A stretch of 64,000 nt of DNA, taken from assembly GCF_964213995.1 (NCBI RefSeq), contig NW_027590863.1, forward strand, positions 62,001 through 126,000, in the 5' to 3' direction. Shown piece by piece: positions 11,140 through 25,180 of this stretch (position 1 is its first letter; each line of letters opens with the position of its first letter). The translations under genes were made by a program, and so were the position numbers. The notes under the pieces are model-generated. The model searched no databases, had not been told where the DNA came from, and was given only the letters and a program-made list of their open reading frames with translations. The stretch is from Mustelus asterias (taxonomy: Eukaryota).

Positions 11140-12529
11140 GTTTAATGGCCTATGATATTTAGATCCTGATGAATCAAAGCTCTCTGTCAGATCTTGATGT
11201 GATCCTTGATTTACAATTGTCTGTAATTCCTCACCTTCTAATCCCCTGAAAAATGAATTGAAAACAGAAAGAGGGAAACATGAGAGACAAGCCATAAATA
11301 TACAAAGACAAAATGTGAAACTGAGTTGATCTAATCTGGTAAATTGTGGGATTGGGACTAGGACATAGTGGATATGAAAGCTGCTGGATTGTGACAAAGC
11401 CTCAAACTGTTTACCAATGCACTGAGGGAAAGGAACCCTCCACCTCTTCAGAGCCTACAACAAGAATCCAGCCTTTGTGCGTGAAGAGGGAGAGGTCGGG
11501 AGGAGGGTGACGGAGAGAGACTTTATACATCAGCAACTCAACCAGGATTTTGGCAGAATCTCCTCAACCCACAATCTTTCCCACCTGGAAGTACCAGAGC
11601 AGCTGGGACATGGGAAAACCACACAACTCCCTGACTTGGACAAATATCACTGTCCCTTCAATGTGACTGGGTTCAAATTCTAATACTCTTGCATTGTGGG
11701 AGCACCTTTACTATATGGACTGCAGAGGTTCAAGAAGAAGGCCAACTATCACCATCACAAAGGACAAGTGGCGATTGGCAACACATGACTGTCTGTGATA
11801 GTAATTCATTACAGATACCTGGGCCTTGTCAGTAATGTCCACTTCCAAAGAATTTTTTGTATATTGCAAATCTGTATGAAACCTGCAAGTTCATAAGATA
11901 TCGGAGCAGAATTAGGCCATTCGGCCCCTCGGGTCCGCTCTGCCATTCAATCATGGCTGATATGCTTCTCATCCCCATTTCCTGCCTTCTCCCCATAACC
12001 TTTCAACCCATTACCAATTAAAAATCTGTCCAACTCCTCCTTAAATTACTCACTGCCCAGCATCCACCGCACTTTGGGGTAGCAAATTCCGCAGATGAAA
12101 GGAAAACAAAGAAACAAAACCAATGACCACAACAATCCAGGAGGACAAGGACAGTGGACAGATGGGAAAACCACCACCTGGAAGTCCCCCTCCAAGCCAC
12201 TCAGCATCTTGACTTGGAAATATGTCACTGTTCCTTCAATGTCATTGGATCAACATCCTGGAATTCCCTCCCCAACAACACTGTGGATGTACCTACGCCA
12301 CATAGACTGCAGCGATTCAAGAAGGCAGCTCATCACCAGCTTTTCAAAGGCAATTAAGAATGGGCAATAAATGCTCGTCTAGCCAACGACTAGAATCAAT
12401 TGAATGATTTAAAAAATGACTTGGAATATCCATGAGAAAACAATCCTGACAGTTACTCAAATAAATACTTCACTCAGTCACACCAGCTTCTGAGTTTACA
12501 TTTGACTGAAGTGGTTGGATTTTGCTGCT

Positions 12530-13255
12530 GTTTGTTGAAAACTTTGGGGCATTTGCCCAGTTCATTACGCAAACTAGCCTCCCATCCATTGACTCCATCT
12601 ACACTTCCCGCTGCCTCAGAAAAGCAGCCAACATAATCGAGAATGTCACACACCCCGGACATACTCTCTTCAACCTTCTTCCACCAAGAAAAAGATACAA
12701 AAGTCTGAGATCATGTACCAACCGATTCAAGAACACCTTCTTCCCTGCTGCCATCAGACTTTTGAATAGACCTACTTCTCATTAATTTGATCTTTCTCTA
12801 CAGCCTAACTGTGACTGTAATACTACATTCTGCACTCTCTCCTTTCCTTCCCTATGTACAGTATGCTTTGTCTGTATAGTGCACAAGGAATAATGCTTTT
12901 CACTGTACACTAATACATGTGACAATAATAAATCAAATCAAAAAAGAACCCCACGCACTCCGGACACACTCTCTTCCACCTTCTTCCATTGGGAAATAGG
13001 ATACAAAAGTCTGAGATCAGGTACCAACTGACTCAAAAACAGCTTAATCCCTGCTGCCATCAGACTTTTGAATGGAGCTGCCTTATATTAAGTTGATCTT
13101 TTGCTACACCCTAGATATGACTGTAACACTACATTCTGCACCCTTTTCTTTCCTTCTCTCCTATCTGCTCTATGAATGGAATGCTTTGTCTGTACAGTGC
13201 GCAAGAAATAATAATTTTCACTGTAAACCATAACGTGACAATAATAAATCAAAAT
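12530..13255 (+). mobile_element. Two tandem Rex1/Babar-type LINE 3' fragments
   Basis: HPGHTLFNLLPPRKRYKSLRSCTNRFKNTFFPAAIRLLN motif and a gtgacaataataaatcaaa tail, both twice. Confidence 0.7.
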
Positions 13256-13379
13256 TATCCACCAGTTCCCACTTCTGTTCTTTCTGATGAATGAAGGATC
13301 TGTGCACAGCTTTTTCGACCTTCCTCCCAATCTCCACATCACAGCAAAAATATCACCGGTCAATAATAACGACTTTCAA

Positions 13380-13780
13380 TGACGGAGGGTTTACCCAGCA
13401 TTCGCCGCGGTGGTGAATGCCCTCTATTTACACCAGAGGAAGGTACTGCGCAGCCGTCTTATCACCCAGTATTGGGGCATGCGCACTGTCAGTCATGGCG
13501 ATGGGGTGAGTTTCTCTTTTTGTCTCTTTGCCACGGGGAAGGAAGCGGAAACTCTGAGGGAGCGATGGAGCCGGCTCTGGAGAAGAAGAGTTTCTAAACA
13601 CCTGGCGGGCGCCTCAAACCCCGATTGAGATTCGTGTTTGCAGCTCCGGATCTTTTTTCCCCCCGAAACCCAAGTCCAGTCTAACGGCCACCATCTTGGA
13701 TCAGCGAGAGGCGCATGCGCCAGGGTCTTCATGACGCAACAGTGAGGGCGGGGCTTAGGTTTTACAGTTCCTCCCGGGTC
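13380..13780. promoter_or_regulatory. CpG-island bidirectional promoter between gene 1 (-) and gene 2 (+)
   Basis: GCATGCGCA and GCGCATGCGC (NRF1-like), CCATCTTG (YY1-like), GGGCGGGG; plus-strand donor-like GGG|GTGAGT near 13506. Confidence 0.65.
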
Positions 13781-13829
13781 CCAGTTTCCAGCACATCAGC
13801 GTGAATATTATTGATGAGTGTCAGAAGGA

Positions 13830-14080
13830 GGTTTACATTGACACTACAATGAAGTTACTGTGAAAATCCCCCAGTCGCCACACTCCGACACCTGTTCAGG
13901 TACACAGAGAGAATTTAGCATGGCCAGTGCACCTAACCAGCACATCTTTCGGACTGTGGGAGGAAACCTGAGCACCTGAAGGAAACCCACACAGACACAG
14001 GGATAATCTGCAAACTCTACACAGACAGTGACCCAATCCGGGAACTGAAGCCAGGTCTAACCACTGTGTTACCGTGCCTC
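13830..14080 (-). mobile_element. V-SINE, alternative-tail subfamily
   Basis: Matches 8245-8535. Confidence 0.7.
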
Positions 14081-15147
14081 CCACCAAACTGGGCAACAGG
14101 TGTCTAAACAGTTTCACCCGCTTCCAGCCTGCAGCTGATGTTTACAGGAGTCCATGAACCATGTACATATTCAGTGTGAGAGGTTGCTGTCCCTGAAGGA
14201 GCTGCTTCTCCACTTTTAGTTACACTTCTATTCTGCCCCACGCTCCTAATCATTGGCTGCCCATGTGGAGGAGGCTTGGGAGGTCAGAGGATCTTTTCCT
14301 GGACCTGCTCTTGGGGCTGGTTAAAACAGTGATTTGTAGATCAACATGGGGTCACTTAGCTGTTGGCTGCTCTTCCGTGGTCTTGTCCATGCTCTTGTGG
14401 TCCTGGAGAAGAATCGTGCAGTGTTGACTGGAACACTCGAAAACTCCACAACTCAGGGTACAGAGTGTCTCATAGACACTGGAAACAAAGTTCTGGTTTA
14501 GTTGAGATGGAAGTTTGATTGGACCACAAGATTGGGGAAACAAAAGATAAAAGAATATTCCATAGAAACTAGAATTGTCTGTTCTGAATTTCTGTCCTGT
14601 GCTGACAACGATACTGACTCTGTCAATGTCTTTTACAAGGTCCACAAGGGCGATGAATTGCAGATGGGAAACTGAAACCAAACATCACATCAAGAGCTGA
14701 CAGAGTCCCTCAATTCATCAGGACCTGAATATCATCAACCTTTAAATGTGGAAGGAGAAATGTTTTTCTGTTTTGGCGATGAGGAAAGATTTCAAACATC
14801 ACTGTGACTGGAAAAGCACCAAGACTTACACACACACCCAAGTGAGAGTGTTCCAGTCAACTGACTGTGGAAAGAGCTTTAACCAGTTACACAGCCTGAT
14901 TGTTTTTAAAAATCTCACTATTCACAGCAGAGAGCCAAAGGATGAGAAGATCTTGGAGCAGAATTCGGCCATTGGGCCCATTGAGTCTGCTCCACTATTC
15001 ACTGATCTGATATAATCCTGAACTCCACTTTCCTGCCTTAACCCCATGACTCTTGATTCCCTTACTGAGAAATAATACACAAGTTCTTTGTGTGGACAAG
15101 GCTTGAACAGATTGTTTAACCTAGAGAGACACAAGGACACCTGTACC

Positions 15148-16281
15148 ATGGAGAAACCATGCAAATGTGGGGACTGTGGGAAGGGATTCAGTTACCCATC
15201 GCTGCTGGAAATACATCGCCGCGGTCACACTGGGGAGAGACCATTCACCTGCTCTCTGTGTGGGAAGGGATTCATTCAGTCATCCCACCTGCTGACCCAC
15301 CAGCAAATTCACATTGAAGAGAGGCTTTTTAACCACTCTGACAGCGATAACAACTCTAAAAGCTCTGAGGACCTGGTCAAGCACCAGATTGTTCACATTG
15401 CAAGACAGTTCAGTTGCTCTCACTGTGGGAAGCTGTTTAAACGATCACAGAACCTCATTGAACACGAACGCACTCACACTGGGGAGAGGCCATTCACCTG
15501 CTGTGTGTGTGGGAAGGGATTCACACGATTATCCCACCTCGCTACACACCGACTGGTTCACACTGATAACAGACCTTTCAAATGTTCCGAATGTGAGAAG
15601 AGTCATAAAACCACAACTGATCTGCTGATACACCAGCGAGTTCACAACAAGGAGAGGCCATTCAGATGTACAGTGTGTGGGAAGGGATTCACTCTGTTAT
15701 CCAGCCTCCAGAAACACCAGCGAGTTCACATTGGGGAGAGGTCGTTCACCTGCTCCTTGTGTGGAAAAGGATTCATTTATTTAAGCAGCCTCAGATCACA
15801 CCAACTTGTTCACTCGGATAAGAAACCTTTCAAATGTTCTGAATGTGAGAAGAGCTTTAAGACCTCCAGTATTCTGCTTAGGCACCAACAAGTTCACTCC
15901 GGGGAGAGACCGTTCACCTGCTCTGACTGTAGAAAGGGATTCACTCGCTCATCCAACCTGCGAACACACCAGCACATTCACACCGGGGAGAAACCGTTCA
16001 CCTGCTCTGACTGTGGAAAGGGATTCACTCGCTCATCCAACCTGCGAACACACCAGCACATTCACACCGGGGAGAAACCGTTCACTTGCTCTGAGTGCGG
16101 GAAGGGATTTTCTCACTCATCCCACCTGCTGAGACACCAACACACTCACAATGGAGAGAGACCGTTCACCTTCTCTGAGTGTGAGATGGGATTCACTCAG
16201 TCAACCCATCTTCTAACACACCAGCAAATTGACAAGTGTCTGGGGGAATTGGATTCTGCTGTTAATCACATCCAGGACTGA
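15148..16281 (+). CDS. C2H2 zinc-finger protein (gene 2), 11 intact and 2 degenerate fingers, C-terminal ELDSAVNHIQD tail
   Basis: ORF 15088-16281; ATG in accATGg context at 15148 (MEKP); acceptor-like ttttacaag near 14639. Confidence 0.85.
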   Translation: MEKPCKCGDCGKGFSYPSLLEIHRRGHTGERPFTCSLCGKGFIQSSHLLTHQQIHIEERLFNHSDSDNNSKSSEDLVKHQIVHIARQFSCSHCGKLFKRSQNLIEHERTHTGERPFTCCVCGKGFTRLSHLATHRLVHTDNRPFKCSECEKSHKTTTDLLIHQRVHNKERPFRCTVCGKGFTLLSSLQKHQRVHIGERSFTCSLCGKGFIYLSSLRSHQLVHSDKKPFKCSECEKSFKTSSILLRHQQVHSGERPFTCSDCRKGFTRSSNLRTHQHIHTGEKPFTCSDCGKGFTRSSNLRTHQHIHTGEKPFTCSECGKGFSHSSHLLRHQHTHNGERPFTFSECEMGFTQSTHLLTHQQIDKCLGELDSAVNHIQD

Positions 16282-16911
16282 ACAGTCTTCATTCTGACAG
16301 TTGGGGTGTGTTTTCGCTGATGTTAGTGATCGCTATAACTGGGCTGGAGTTTAATTCTCTGGATAAATGTCAAATTAACTAATATTATTTCAGACACAAA
16401 GCTGGGACCTTCATTTCTCCAGGACAAGAAAAGATTAATCAATGTCTTGTTACTAATTGCTGCATTTTTGTGGCCCTTTTCTCCTTTCTAACTCTGGATT
16501 ATTTCAGTTTTCATACCTTCAGTTACTCTCCTGGGCAAGTTCCAACTCCCCACACCTTCCAGAGTGTCTTTCCTGGCCTTGGAATCCATGGAAGGCATCA
16601 GTAACACATCCGCGATCACCAAACACAAATCACAGTTCTTTGCACTGATCCACTTCTTTCCCCAGTCATTCAGGATGGTGATGTTTTTGGAGCTGTGATT
16701 TGTTTAATTGTCCCCCACCATTCACGACTGGATGTGGGGGGACTGCAGCTCTGATCTGATCCGTTGTTTGTGGGATCGCTTGGTCCTGCCTGGAACATTC
16801 TGCTTCTGCTGTTCAGCGTGCTTATAGTCCCATGTTACAGGTTGGAACCTCAGTTTTAGGGTGCCCAGTGCTGCTCCTGACTTGTTCTCCTACACTCCAT
16901 GTTGAACTAGG

Positions 16912-17266
16912 GGAGGTGATGACTGTTGGTATTATTGCTGAACTATTAATCCAGAAACTCAGCTAATGATTTGGGGACCAGGCTTCGAATCCTGCCACAT
17001 CGGTTGGTGGAATTTGAATTCAATGAAAAAAATCTGGAATTAAGAATTTATTGATGACCATAAAACCATTGTTGATTATCGTAAAAAAAACCCATCAGGT
17101 TCACTCATGCCCTTTAGGGAAGGAAATCTGCTCTCCTTACCCGGTCTGGCCTACATGTGACTCCCTCTGAAATGGCCTCGCAAGTCACTCAGTTCAAGGG
17201 CAACAAGGACTGGGCCATAAATGCTGGCCATCCAGCAATGCCCATTTCCCACGAATGAATAAAAAA
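16912..17266 (+). mobile_element. tRNA-derived SINE resembling SacSINE1/DeuSINE type
   Basis: Head with a GCTTCGAATCC B box; core ggttcact(c/a)atg(c/t)cctttagggaaggaaatctg; also at 27790-28123 and 39696-40055. Confidence 0.6.
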
Positions 17267-17374
17267 GAATTTCAAGTTGAGGACTCCCAGGATGACTCAC
17301 TTGCACTGTACACCTCTGTGCTGCTCCCTCTACTCAGGTTTGAACTGCTGGTAGGACAGAACATTTTGGCAGGA

Positions 17375-18490
17375 AGAATAAAAGGGAAGCAGATTATCTA
17401 AATGGTGAGAGATTGTAGAGCTCTGAGACGCAGAGGGATCTGGGTGTTCTAGAGATTGAATAAACTGGGATTGTTCTCCCTGGAAAGACGGAGGCTGAGG
17501 TGCGACCTGATAGACGTTTATAAAATTATGAGGGGTGTGGATAGGGTGAACAGTTGGGAGATTTTTGCCAGGGCAGAAATGACAATTACAAGGGGCACAA
17601 GCTCAAGATAAGGGGGAAAGGTTCAGTGCAGATGTTGGGGGAAGTCTTTTTACACAGAGGGTGATGGGGGCCTGGAATGCGCTGCCAAGTGAGGTGGTTG
17701 AGGCAGACACGTTAGTGACATTTAAGACTTATCTGGATAGACACATGAACAGACGGGAATAGAGGGATATAAGCGGTTGGTCTCGATAGGACAATGTGAT
17801 CAGCGTTGGCCGAAGGGCCTGTTCCTGTGCTGTTCTTTGTTTTTTGCATGAATCACAAACAGCTAGTAAGCAGGTAAAGCAAGTAATTAGGAAAGCTAGC
17901 ATTTGAGGGGGTAATTGATGACATAAATATGGAGGTTATGCTTCAGTTATCCAGAGCACCAGTGAGACCACATCTGGAGTACAGTGTACAGTATTGGTCA
18001 TCTTGTTTAAGCAAGGATGTAAATGCATTGGAAGCAGTCGATTGACCAGACTAATGTCAGAAATGTGTGGATTATGGGTAAAGCTTGGACAGGCTAGGTT
18101 TGTGTCTGCTGGAGTTTAAAGATAAATTTGATCAAAACATAGAAGATCCTGAAGAGTCTTGACAGGTTGATGTGGAGAGGATGTTTCCTCTTGTGTGAGA
18201 ATCTAGAGCTAGGGGTCCCTGTTTAAAAATAAGGGTTCGCACATTTAAAACGGAGATGAGGTGAAATATTTTCTTTCAGAGGGTCGTGAACCTCTTCTGA
18301 AAAGACGGTGGAAGCAGAGTCTTTGAATATTTTTACGACAGATGTCGATAGATTCTTGGCAAGCAAGTGGGTGATAGATTATTGGGGGTAGGCAGGATGC
18401 AGATTTAAGGTTACTATCAGATCAGCCCTGATCTGATTAAATGGTGGAGCAGAATCGAGGGACCAAATCGCCGAATCCTGCTCCTTGTTC
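17375..18490 (+). mobile_element. Nested CR1-type LINE 3' fragments
   Basis: One CR1 3' end (~17452-17843) is inserted within another; LFSLERRRLR and FFTQRV codons are degenerate. Confidence 0.7.
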
Positions 18491-18844
18491 CTGTGAGACA
18501 TTGGCAGTAAGATATGATTCAAAGTATGACTGTGTCAGCCTGTTGCTTGACTGGACTGTTCGACTGTAGGAATGGTCATATTTAATAGTTTGTAGCTTAG
18601 TTATGTGTAATAATCAAGTAATTGAAGCTTATTAATCAATTAATCTGCTGTGATATTCTGCTTAATTGTAATATATTCGTTTCATGTAACTGGCTTTGTC
18701 TGTAACTGCGTTCTTATTTGACAAGTGAAATACATCACATGACCCTAGGTCGGTGTAAAGCTACACTTTTATAGTTTAATTACAGAGTGCTGTGGATCCC
18801 ATCAACTCTGGATGAGCTAAGGTCTGGAACTGTTAACCCCTGTG

Positions 18845-19146
18845 TCTCACAGCTTGCCTCCTGGACTTGCAGAATCTCACTGGCTGTCCTGTCTGGAGAC
18901 AATACACATCTCTTTAACCTGTGCTTAATGCTCCCTCCACTCACATTGTCTGTATCTTTAAGACCTGGTTGGCTGTAGAGATTCGCAATCTAATCAGTAT
19001 TCTGAAACTTGATTTTGTGTCTCTGTGCCCTGTTTGAGAGCACATTTCCACTCCATCTGATGAAGGAGTAGTACTCTGAAAGCTAATGGCATTTGCTACC
19101 AAATAAACCTGTTGGACCTTAACCTGGTGTTGTTAAAACTCTTACT
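18845..19146 (+). mobile_element. Penelope-like pLTR fragment
   Basis: Matches 4440-4733; hammerhead-like CTGATGAAGGAGTAGTACTCTGAAAGCTA. Confidence 0.75.
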
Positions 19147-20944
19147 GCAGTCACTACAAAAACCAGCAAGTAGTTTCTTTAATCAAAATATACTGATAGT
19201 CACCTGCCCCAATGAGAACTATAAAAGTTCGACACATCAATGAGACATTTGAGACAATAAACCCAAATGTTAACCATTGGGATTTGACACCATAAACTTG
19301 CTTATTTCAAATAAGTGGACAAAGAAGATATCTTTAGGTCTCCATTATCTCAATATACAGCCATAAAATTTAATGAAATCACAGAAAAGGCATGTGGGGC
19401 AAACTCCGGAAGTAACTGACACATTAGAGCGCCAGTCAGGAAATTGCAGGAAATGGTCAGTAAACCAATCAGAAACTGATTACACACCACCTAAATAAAT
19501 CAGGGACTGATCATGGTGAACCAGAGTTCAGGAACACCATTGATCGTGCACAGGGGCTGTGTCTAGAAAGGGTTAATAAGCATCAGCTTTCAGCTGCCCA
19601 GTTCACAGCTCAGAGAAGCTGAGCAGGAAGAAGGTAGACAACAGTCAACAGAACAAGAAACAGTGCCGCAGTCGGCTGGAAGTTGTGAGCCAGCGTTACA
19701 AAGTGAACTGACTGCTTCCACTGCCTTGGTTAAGTTTTGCATTTTGTACTTATGTGATTAACTTAGTAAATTCTGTAAAGCTTGGAACAATATTTGTACT
19801 AAGTGTGGTCTTGTAGCTCGTTAAAAATGAAAGTCCCTTTTAAATCAGATCTCCCAACTGAGTCCAACAATTGTAATTGACGTTAAGTCTTATATTTATG
19901 TTTAGGTGAACCCAGGTCTTACAGAAAATCTCTGCTAAATTTGGCACAAGCCCCCAGCTGTGAGCCAGGAAATCTTTGCAGGATTGTCTTGGGAACAGTG
20001 TGCTGTTGTCATTTCTGGAACCTAGGTCAATGTGGGGTGATCTGTGTAGTTTTATCATTGACTTTTCTGTAGCAATTTGACACAACTGAATGGCTTGCTC
20101 AGGATAGAGAGCTCTGAATCTATGATATTATCTCTGTTCTCCAGAACAAGTAACTATATTCTGTCTGAAACGACAAGATTCAATATTTAGAGTCAACAAT
20201 ATAAACAAGGAAACACATCAGGGCCCAATACTCCAGCTGGATATTGACAGGATAAAGTCTGTTATCTAACATCCCGAGAGGACAGAACAGAGAAAGATCC
20301 CAAATGTAAGAAATCCTCCAATTATTTGTGAATATCTTTCAAATGCTGACAGGTTCCAACTCCCAGTTTCCATGACATTGAAATCAATGAAAGATGGAAT
20401 ATAGACAGTTGGACTGAAAGCAGTGCGGGGCCCACTTGTACTGAGACACCAAGTCCAAGGACCATTTACACGGAAACACAAAATCCAGGGACCACTTACA
20501 CCGAGACACCAAATCCAGGGGAGCAATTGCACTTCGAAGTTGATTTATCGGGTCGAGGTTGTTTGCAATAAATCCCCAATTTTCAATTAAGATTTATCTA
20601 TCTGGCCAGAATGAATATTTTAATTGGTAAATTCAGAAGATTTATTTACCATTAAAAGGTTAAAAAGTTAGAAAGATAAAAAACAAAGTTCGAATTAACA
20701 GTAATTGGCAGAAAGGAGAAGGCTTATCTTTAACAATGAAGCAGACTTCTCAAAACTTTCCTCGGTTGATCAGGCCAAAGATGTGAAATGATAATCAGAC
20801 AAGGTGGATAATATGTTAACAGAGTGGCCACTCAAAACCTTTATTTTTACCCCCTCAACTCTCATTTGCTCAAATTAGCCTCAGTGTTGATCTATATTTG
20901 ATTAACTTAACTGTCTGATTGGCCCCTGGCACCTCTAGCATCCA

Positions 20945-21672
20945 TTTATACAATAAATGGCAGAGCCATCAAGAGTATAGAAACACAGAGGGACCTAGGT
21001 GTGCAAGTCCACAAATCCTTGAAGGTGGCAGCACAGGTGGAGAAGGTGGTGAAGAAGGCATATGGTATGCTTGCCTTTATAGGATGGGGTATAGAGTATA
21101 AAAGCTGGAGTATGATGTTGCAGCTGTACAGAACGCGGGTTAGGCCACATTTGGAGTATTGTGTCCAGTTCTGGTCGCCACACTACCAGAAGGACGTGGA
21201 GGCTTAGAGAGAGTGCAGAGAAGGTTTACCAGGATGTTGCCTGGTATGGAGGGTCTTAGCTATGAGGAGAGATTGGGTAAACTGGGCTTGTTCTCCCTGG
21301 AAAGATGGAGAATGAGGGGAGACATAATAGAGGTGTACAAAATTATGAAGGGTATAGATAGGGTGAACAGTGGGAAGCTTTTTCCCAGGTCGGAGGTGAC
21401 GATCACGAGGGGTCACGGGCTCAAGGTGAGAGGGGCGAAGTATAACTCAGATATTAGAGGGATGTTTTTTACACAGTGGGTGGTGGGGGCCTGGAATGCG
21501 CTGCCAAGTAGGGTGATGGAGGCAGGCACGCTGACATCGTTTAAGACTTACCTGGATAGTCACATGAGCAGCCTGGGAATGGAGGGATACAAACGAATGA
21601 TCTAGTTGGACCAATGCGCGGCACAGGCTTGGAGGGCTGAAGGGCCTGTTTCCTGTGCTGTACTGTTCTTTG
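20945..21672 (+). mobile_element. CR1-type LINE 3' fragment (young subfamily, near-identical to 31168-31890)
   Basis: ORFs VRPHLEYCVQFWSPHY and RFTRMLPGMEGLSYEERL. Confidence 0.9.
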
Positions 21673-22331
21673 TTATCTCCTGATGTCTTCGTACAATAAA
21701 TGAGACAGCTTGAGTAAAGTCCCATTCATTCCCCAACTGAATGTAACTTGTCAAAGACATAAATGTTTTGTGAGCTCTACCTTATTTTTCTAGATTGGCT
21801 GGAAAACATAATTTGACAGTTCTCATGATTTATGACCAGTGTACTTAAAATCACATTATTTATAATAATAAAGAATTACAGCCTTTGTGTTCCAGGTTAT
21901 ATTACCAGCCTGACAAGTACAACTATTGTTTAATTGCTTATTCTTCAATTGTCTCAGAATTAAGGCTCTTCACTTCACTAATATGAGGATGTTAAACCAA
22001 GGGCCCCACCTGCTCTGTCAGGCAGAGATGAAAGATCACACGGCTTCTATTTGGAAGGAGGGCAGGGAGTTCACCCTGGTGAGACCAATATTACCCCTCT
22101 CCCAATCTCACTGCAAACTGATCACTGCTCATTGTCACATTGCTGTTTGTGGAGGCTGACTGTGCACAGAGATGTCCTGAGGTTGTGAAAGGTGCCATGT
22201 GAATGCAAGTTCTATCAGCTCCAGCCCAGTTACTGTAGTTAGCAGTAACATCATCAACACTTCCCCAGTGTCGTGATGAACAAGGTTCAGTCCTGAATCT
22301 GATGAACAACAGCAGAATCAGAGCAGTGCAG

Positions 22332-23285
22332 TCAATTGTGAACTCTCTGGTGTTTCACCAAGTTGGATGATCGATTAAATCTCTTCCTACACATGGAGCA
22401 AGTGAAGGGTTTCTCCCCAGTGTGAACTCGCTGGTGTGTCAGCAGCGCAGATGAGTTGGTAAATCTCTTCCCGCACTCGGAGCAGGTGAACGGCCTCTCC
22501 CCAGTGTGAATGCGCTGGTGTGTCAGCAGATGGGATGATCGTGCGAATCCCTTTCCACACTCAGAACAGGTGAACGGCCTCACCTCAGTGTGAATTTGTT
22601 GGTGTGTCAGCAGGTTGGAGGACTGAGCGAATCCCTTCCCACACTTGGAGCAGATGAACGGCTTCTCCCCAGTGTGAGTGCGCTGGTGTGCAGTGAGGTG
22701 AGATGCTTGCTTGAACCCAGTACTGCAGTGAGAGCACCTGAATGGTTCCTCCTCAGTGTGAACACGTTGATGGTGCTGCAGATCCCCAGAACCTTTGAAA
22801 TACTTCTCACACTCTGGACATTTGAAAGGTCTCTTGTCAGTGTGAACTCGTTGGTGTGTCTGAAGGTGGGGAGATGTCCTGAACCTCTTCCCACACAGTG
22901 AGCAGCTGAACGGTGCGTCCCCAGTGTGAATGAGCTGGTGCTCCCTCAGTGCGTGTGGGTTTTTAAAGCTCTTCTCACAGTCGGAGCATTTAAACTCTCT
23001 CTTGTCTTCGTGAACCTGCCGGTGTTTCAGCAGGTGGGATGAGAGAGTGAATCCTTTCCCACACACACAACAGGTGAACGGCCTCTCCCCGGTGTGAAGT
23101 CGCTGGTGTCTCTGAAGGCAAATTAATTGAATGAATCGCTTCCCACAATTGGAGCAGATGAATGGCCTCTCCCCGGTGTGTCTGCGCCGATGAGTTTCCA
23201 GCTCAGATGGGGATCTGAATCCCCTCCCACATTCCCCACATTCCCATGGTTTCTCCCTGGCGTGAACGGTTCTTTTTGCTTCCAT
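22332..23285 (-). CDS. C2H2 zinc-finger protein (gene 3), 11 fingers
   Basis: ORF 22332-23291 is intact; ATG (MEAK) at 23285; acceptor aatttcacag near 23390. Confidence 0.9.
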   Translation of the reverse strand: MEAKRTVHAREKPWECGECGRGFRSPSELETHRRRHTGERPFICSNCGKRFIQLICLQRHQRLHTGERPFTCCVCGKGFTLSSHLLKHRQVHEDKREFKCSDCEKSFKNPHALREHQLIHTGDAPFSCSLCGKRFRTSPHLQTHQRVHTDKRPFKCPECEKYFKGSGDLQHHQRVHTEEEPFRCSHCSTGFKQASHLTAHQRTHTGEKPFICSKCGKGFAQSSNLLTHQQIHTEVRPFTCSECGKGFARSSHLLTHQRIHTGERPFTCSECGKRFTNSSALLTHQRVHTGEKPFTCSMCRKRFNRSSNLVKHQRVHN

Positions 23286-24134
23286 TTTCAAAGGCCGATG
23301 ATATTCAAGTCCTGATGAATCGAGTGACTCTGGCAGATTGTGATGTGGTGATTGGTTTGACTTTCCTGCCTGCGAACCTTTCCAATACTCTGTGAAATTG
23401 ATTCAAAACAGAAAAAAGGGAGTGAGAGAACGCACAAAAACACAAAGGCAGGTTGTGAAATAGAGTTGAATGAATCTGGCAATTTGTGGGGCCGGCACGA
23501 GGAAAATATGACCATGAAAGCTGCTAAATTGTTATAAAAAAACCAACTGATTCACTAATATCCTTCAGGGAAGTGAACCTTTCACATAGTCTGGATCTCG
23601 AGAGAAGAGAGACAGAGAGCTGGGAGCAGAATGAGTGAAGGTGATGGATTGTATGTATCTAAACCTCTGCCAGAACTTTGAGAGAATTTCCCCGATCTCA
23701 GCCTCTGGCACCTCAAAGAGTCAGGGTAGCAAGTGTATGTGAACAGCAGCAACTCCAAGTTCTCATTCAGGTCACACACCACCCTGACTTGTCTGACATC
23801 CAGCACTGGATTAACAAAGATTTCCTCTATTTAAATATTGGGAAGATTAAGACCCGACTACAAACTCTACTCCATACCCACTGACTCCATCCCTCTCCCT
23901 GACAACAGTTTGAGGCTGAACCAGACTGTTTGCAACGATCGAAAATTATTTCACTGAAATAAAAGCAAAAACTGAAATAAAAACAGAAGATGCTGCATAA
24001 ACTCAGCAGGTCTGGCAGCATCTGTGGAGAAAGAAACAGAGTTAATGTTCTGAGTCCCTATAACTCTTCTTCAGAGCTGCCAGCTGAGTTTCTGACCATT
24101 TATCTCTGCCACCTCCAAGAATGAGTTTCTATCT

Positions 24135-24470
24135 CATAGAAACCCTACAGTGCCGAAGGAGGCCATTCAGCCCATCAAGTCTGCACTGACAACAATCCCA
24201 CCTCGGCCCATCCCCGTAACCCCACATATTTACCCCAATAATCCCTCTAACCTACGCACCCCAGGACACTAAAGGGCAATTTAGCATGGAAAATCAACCT
24301 AATCCACACCTCTGGACTGTGGGAGGAAACCGGAGCACCCGGAGGAAACCCATGCAGACACAGGGAGAATGTGCAAATTTCACACAGACAGTCACCCAAG
24401 TCGGGAACTGAACCCAGGTCCCTAGAGATGTGAGGCAACGGCGCTAACCACTGTGCCACCGTGCCACCCT
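24135..24470 (-). mobile_element. HE1-like V-SINE
   Basis: Full head, V-domain and CR1-like tail on the minus strand. Confidence 0.8.
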
Positions 24471-24814
24471 AAATCTAATTCCCATCACTCGACTTGGTCC
24501 AAATACATGTTCCTGAAACTCTCGTTCATTCATTTATAACCTCTAGACTTGACGATTTTTCACATCCTGACCAGCCTCCATTCAAGCTGTGATAAACTAG
24601 AGTTCATCCAAATCTCTGCACTGAATCTCAATGACTCACTGACTTACACAGGCTCCCGTTTGAGCAGCAACTCAGTTCAAAATTCTCATCTTTCTTTTCA
24701 AATCCCTCCATGACATTGCTTTTCCCCATTTCCAGTCTCACACATGTTTGAATCTTTTTCACAGACATACGTTCATTTAGGTTTTGATGAATACAGTGAC
24801 TCTGGCAGATTTTG

Positions 24815-25180
24815 TTCTATTGACTCCATCTACATTTCCCACTGCCTCAGAAAAGCAGCCAGCATAATCAAGGCCCCCACGTATCTGGACATACTCTCTT
24901 CCACCTTCTTCTGTCAGGAAAAAGTTACAAAAAGTCAGATCATGTACCAACTGACTCAAGAACAGCTTTTTCCCTGCTGTCTTCGGATTTTGAATGGGAT
25001 ATTAAGTTGATCTTTCTCTACACCGTTGCGACAACTGTAACACTATGTTCTGCACCCTCTCCTTTCCTTCTCCCTATGTACTCTATGAACGGTATGTTTT
25101 GCAAATATAGCACAAGAAAAAATAGTTTCCACTGTATCCCAGTACATGTGACAATAATAAATCCAATTAAATCAAAATCA
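24815..25180 (+). mobile_element. Rex1/Babar-type LINE 3' fragment
   Basis: SIDSIYISHCLRKAASIIK codons and the same tail as 12530-12940. Confidence 0.65.

Noticed and set aside
11140-11397. KRAB-like or other N-terminal domain in the shared leader ([16 protein letters not shown])
   Set aside because: No KRAB, SCAN or BTB motif; phase relative to the acceptor differs between genes 1 and 3, and it is not open into the finger ORF in the other paralogs, so it is treated as 5'UTR unless transcripts show otherwise.
20600-20880. Shared AT-rich block with 48990-49300
   Set aside because: Probably an unclassified dispersed repeat; boundaries and family could not be supported by eye.
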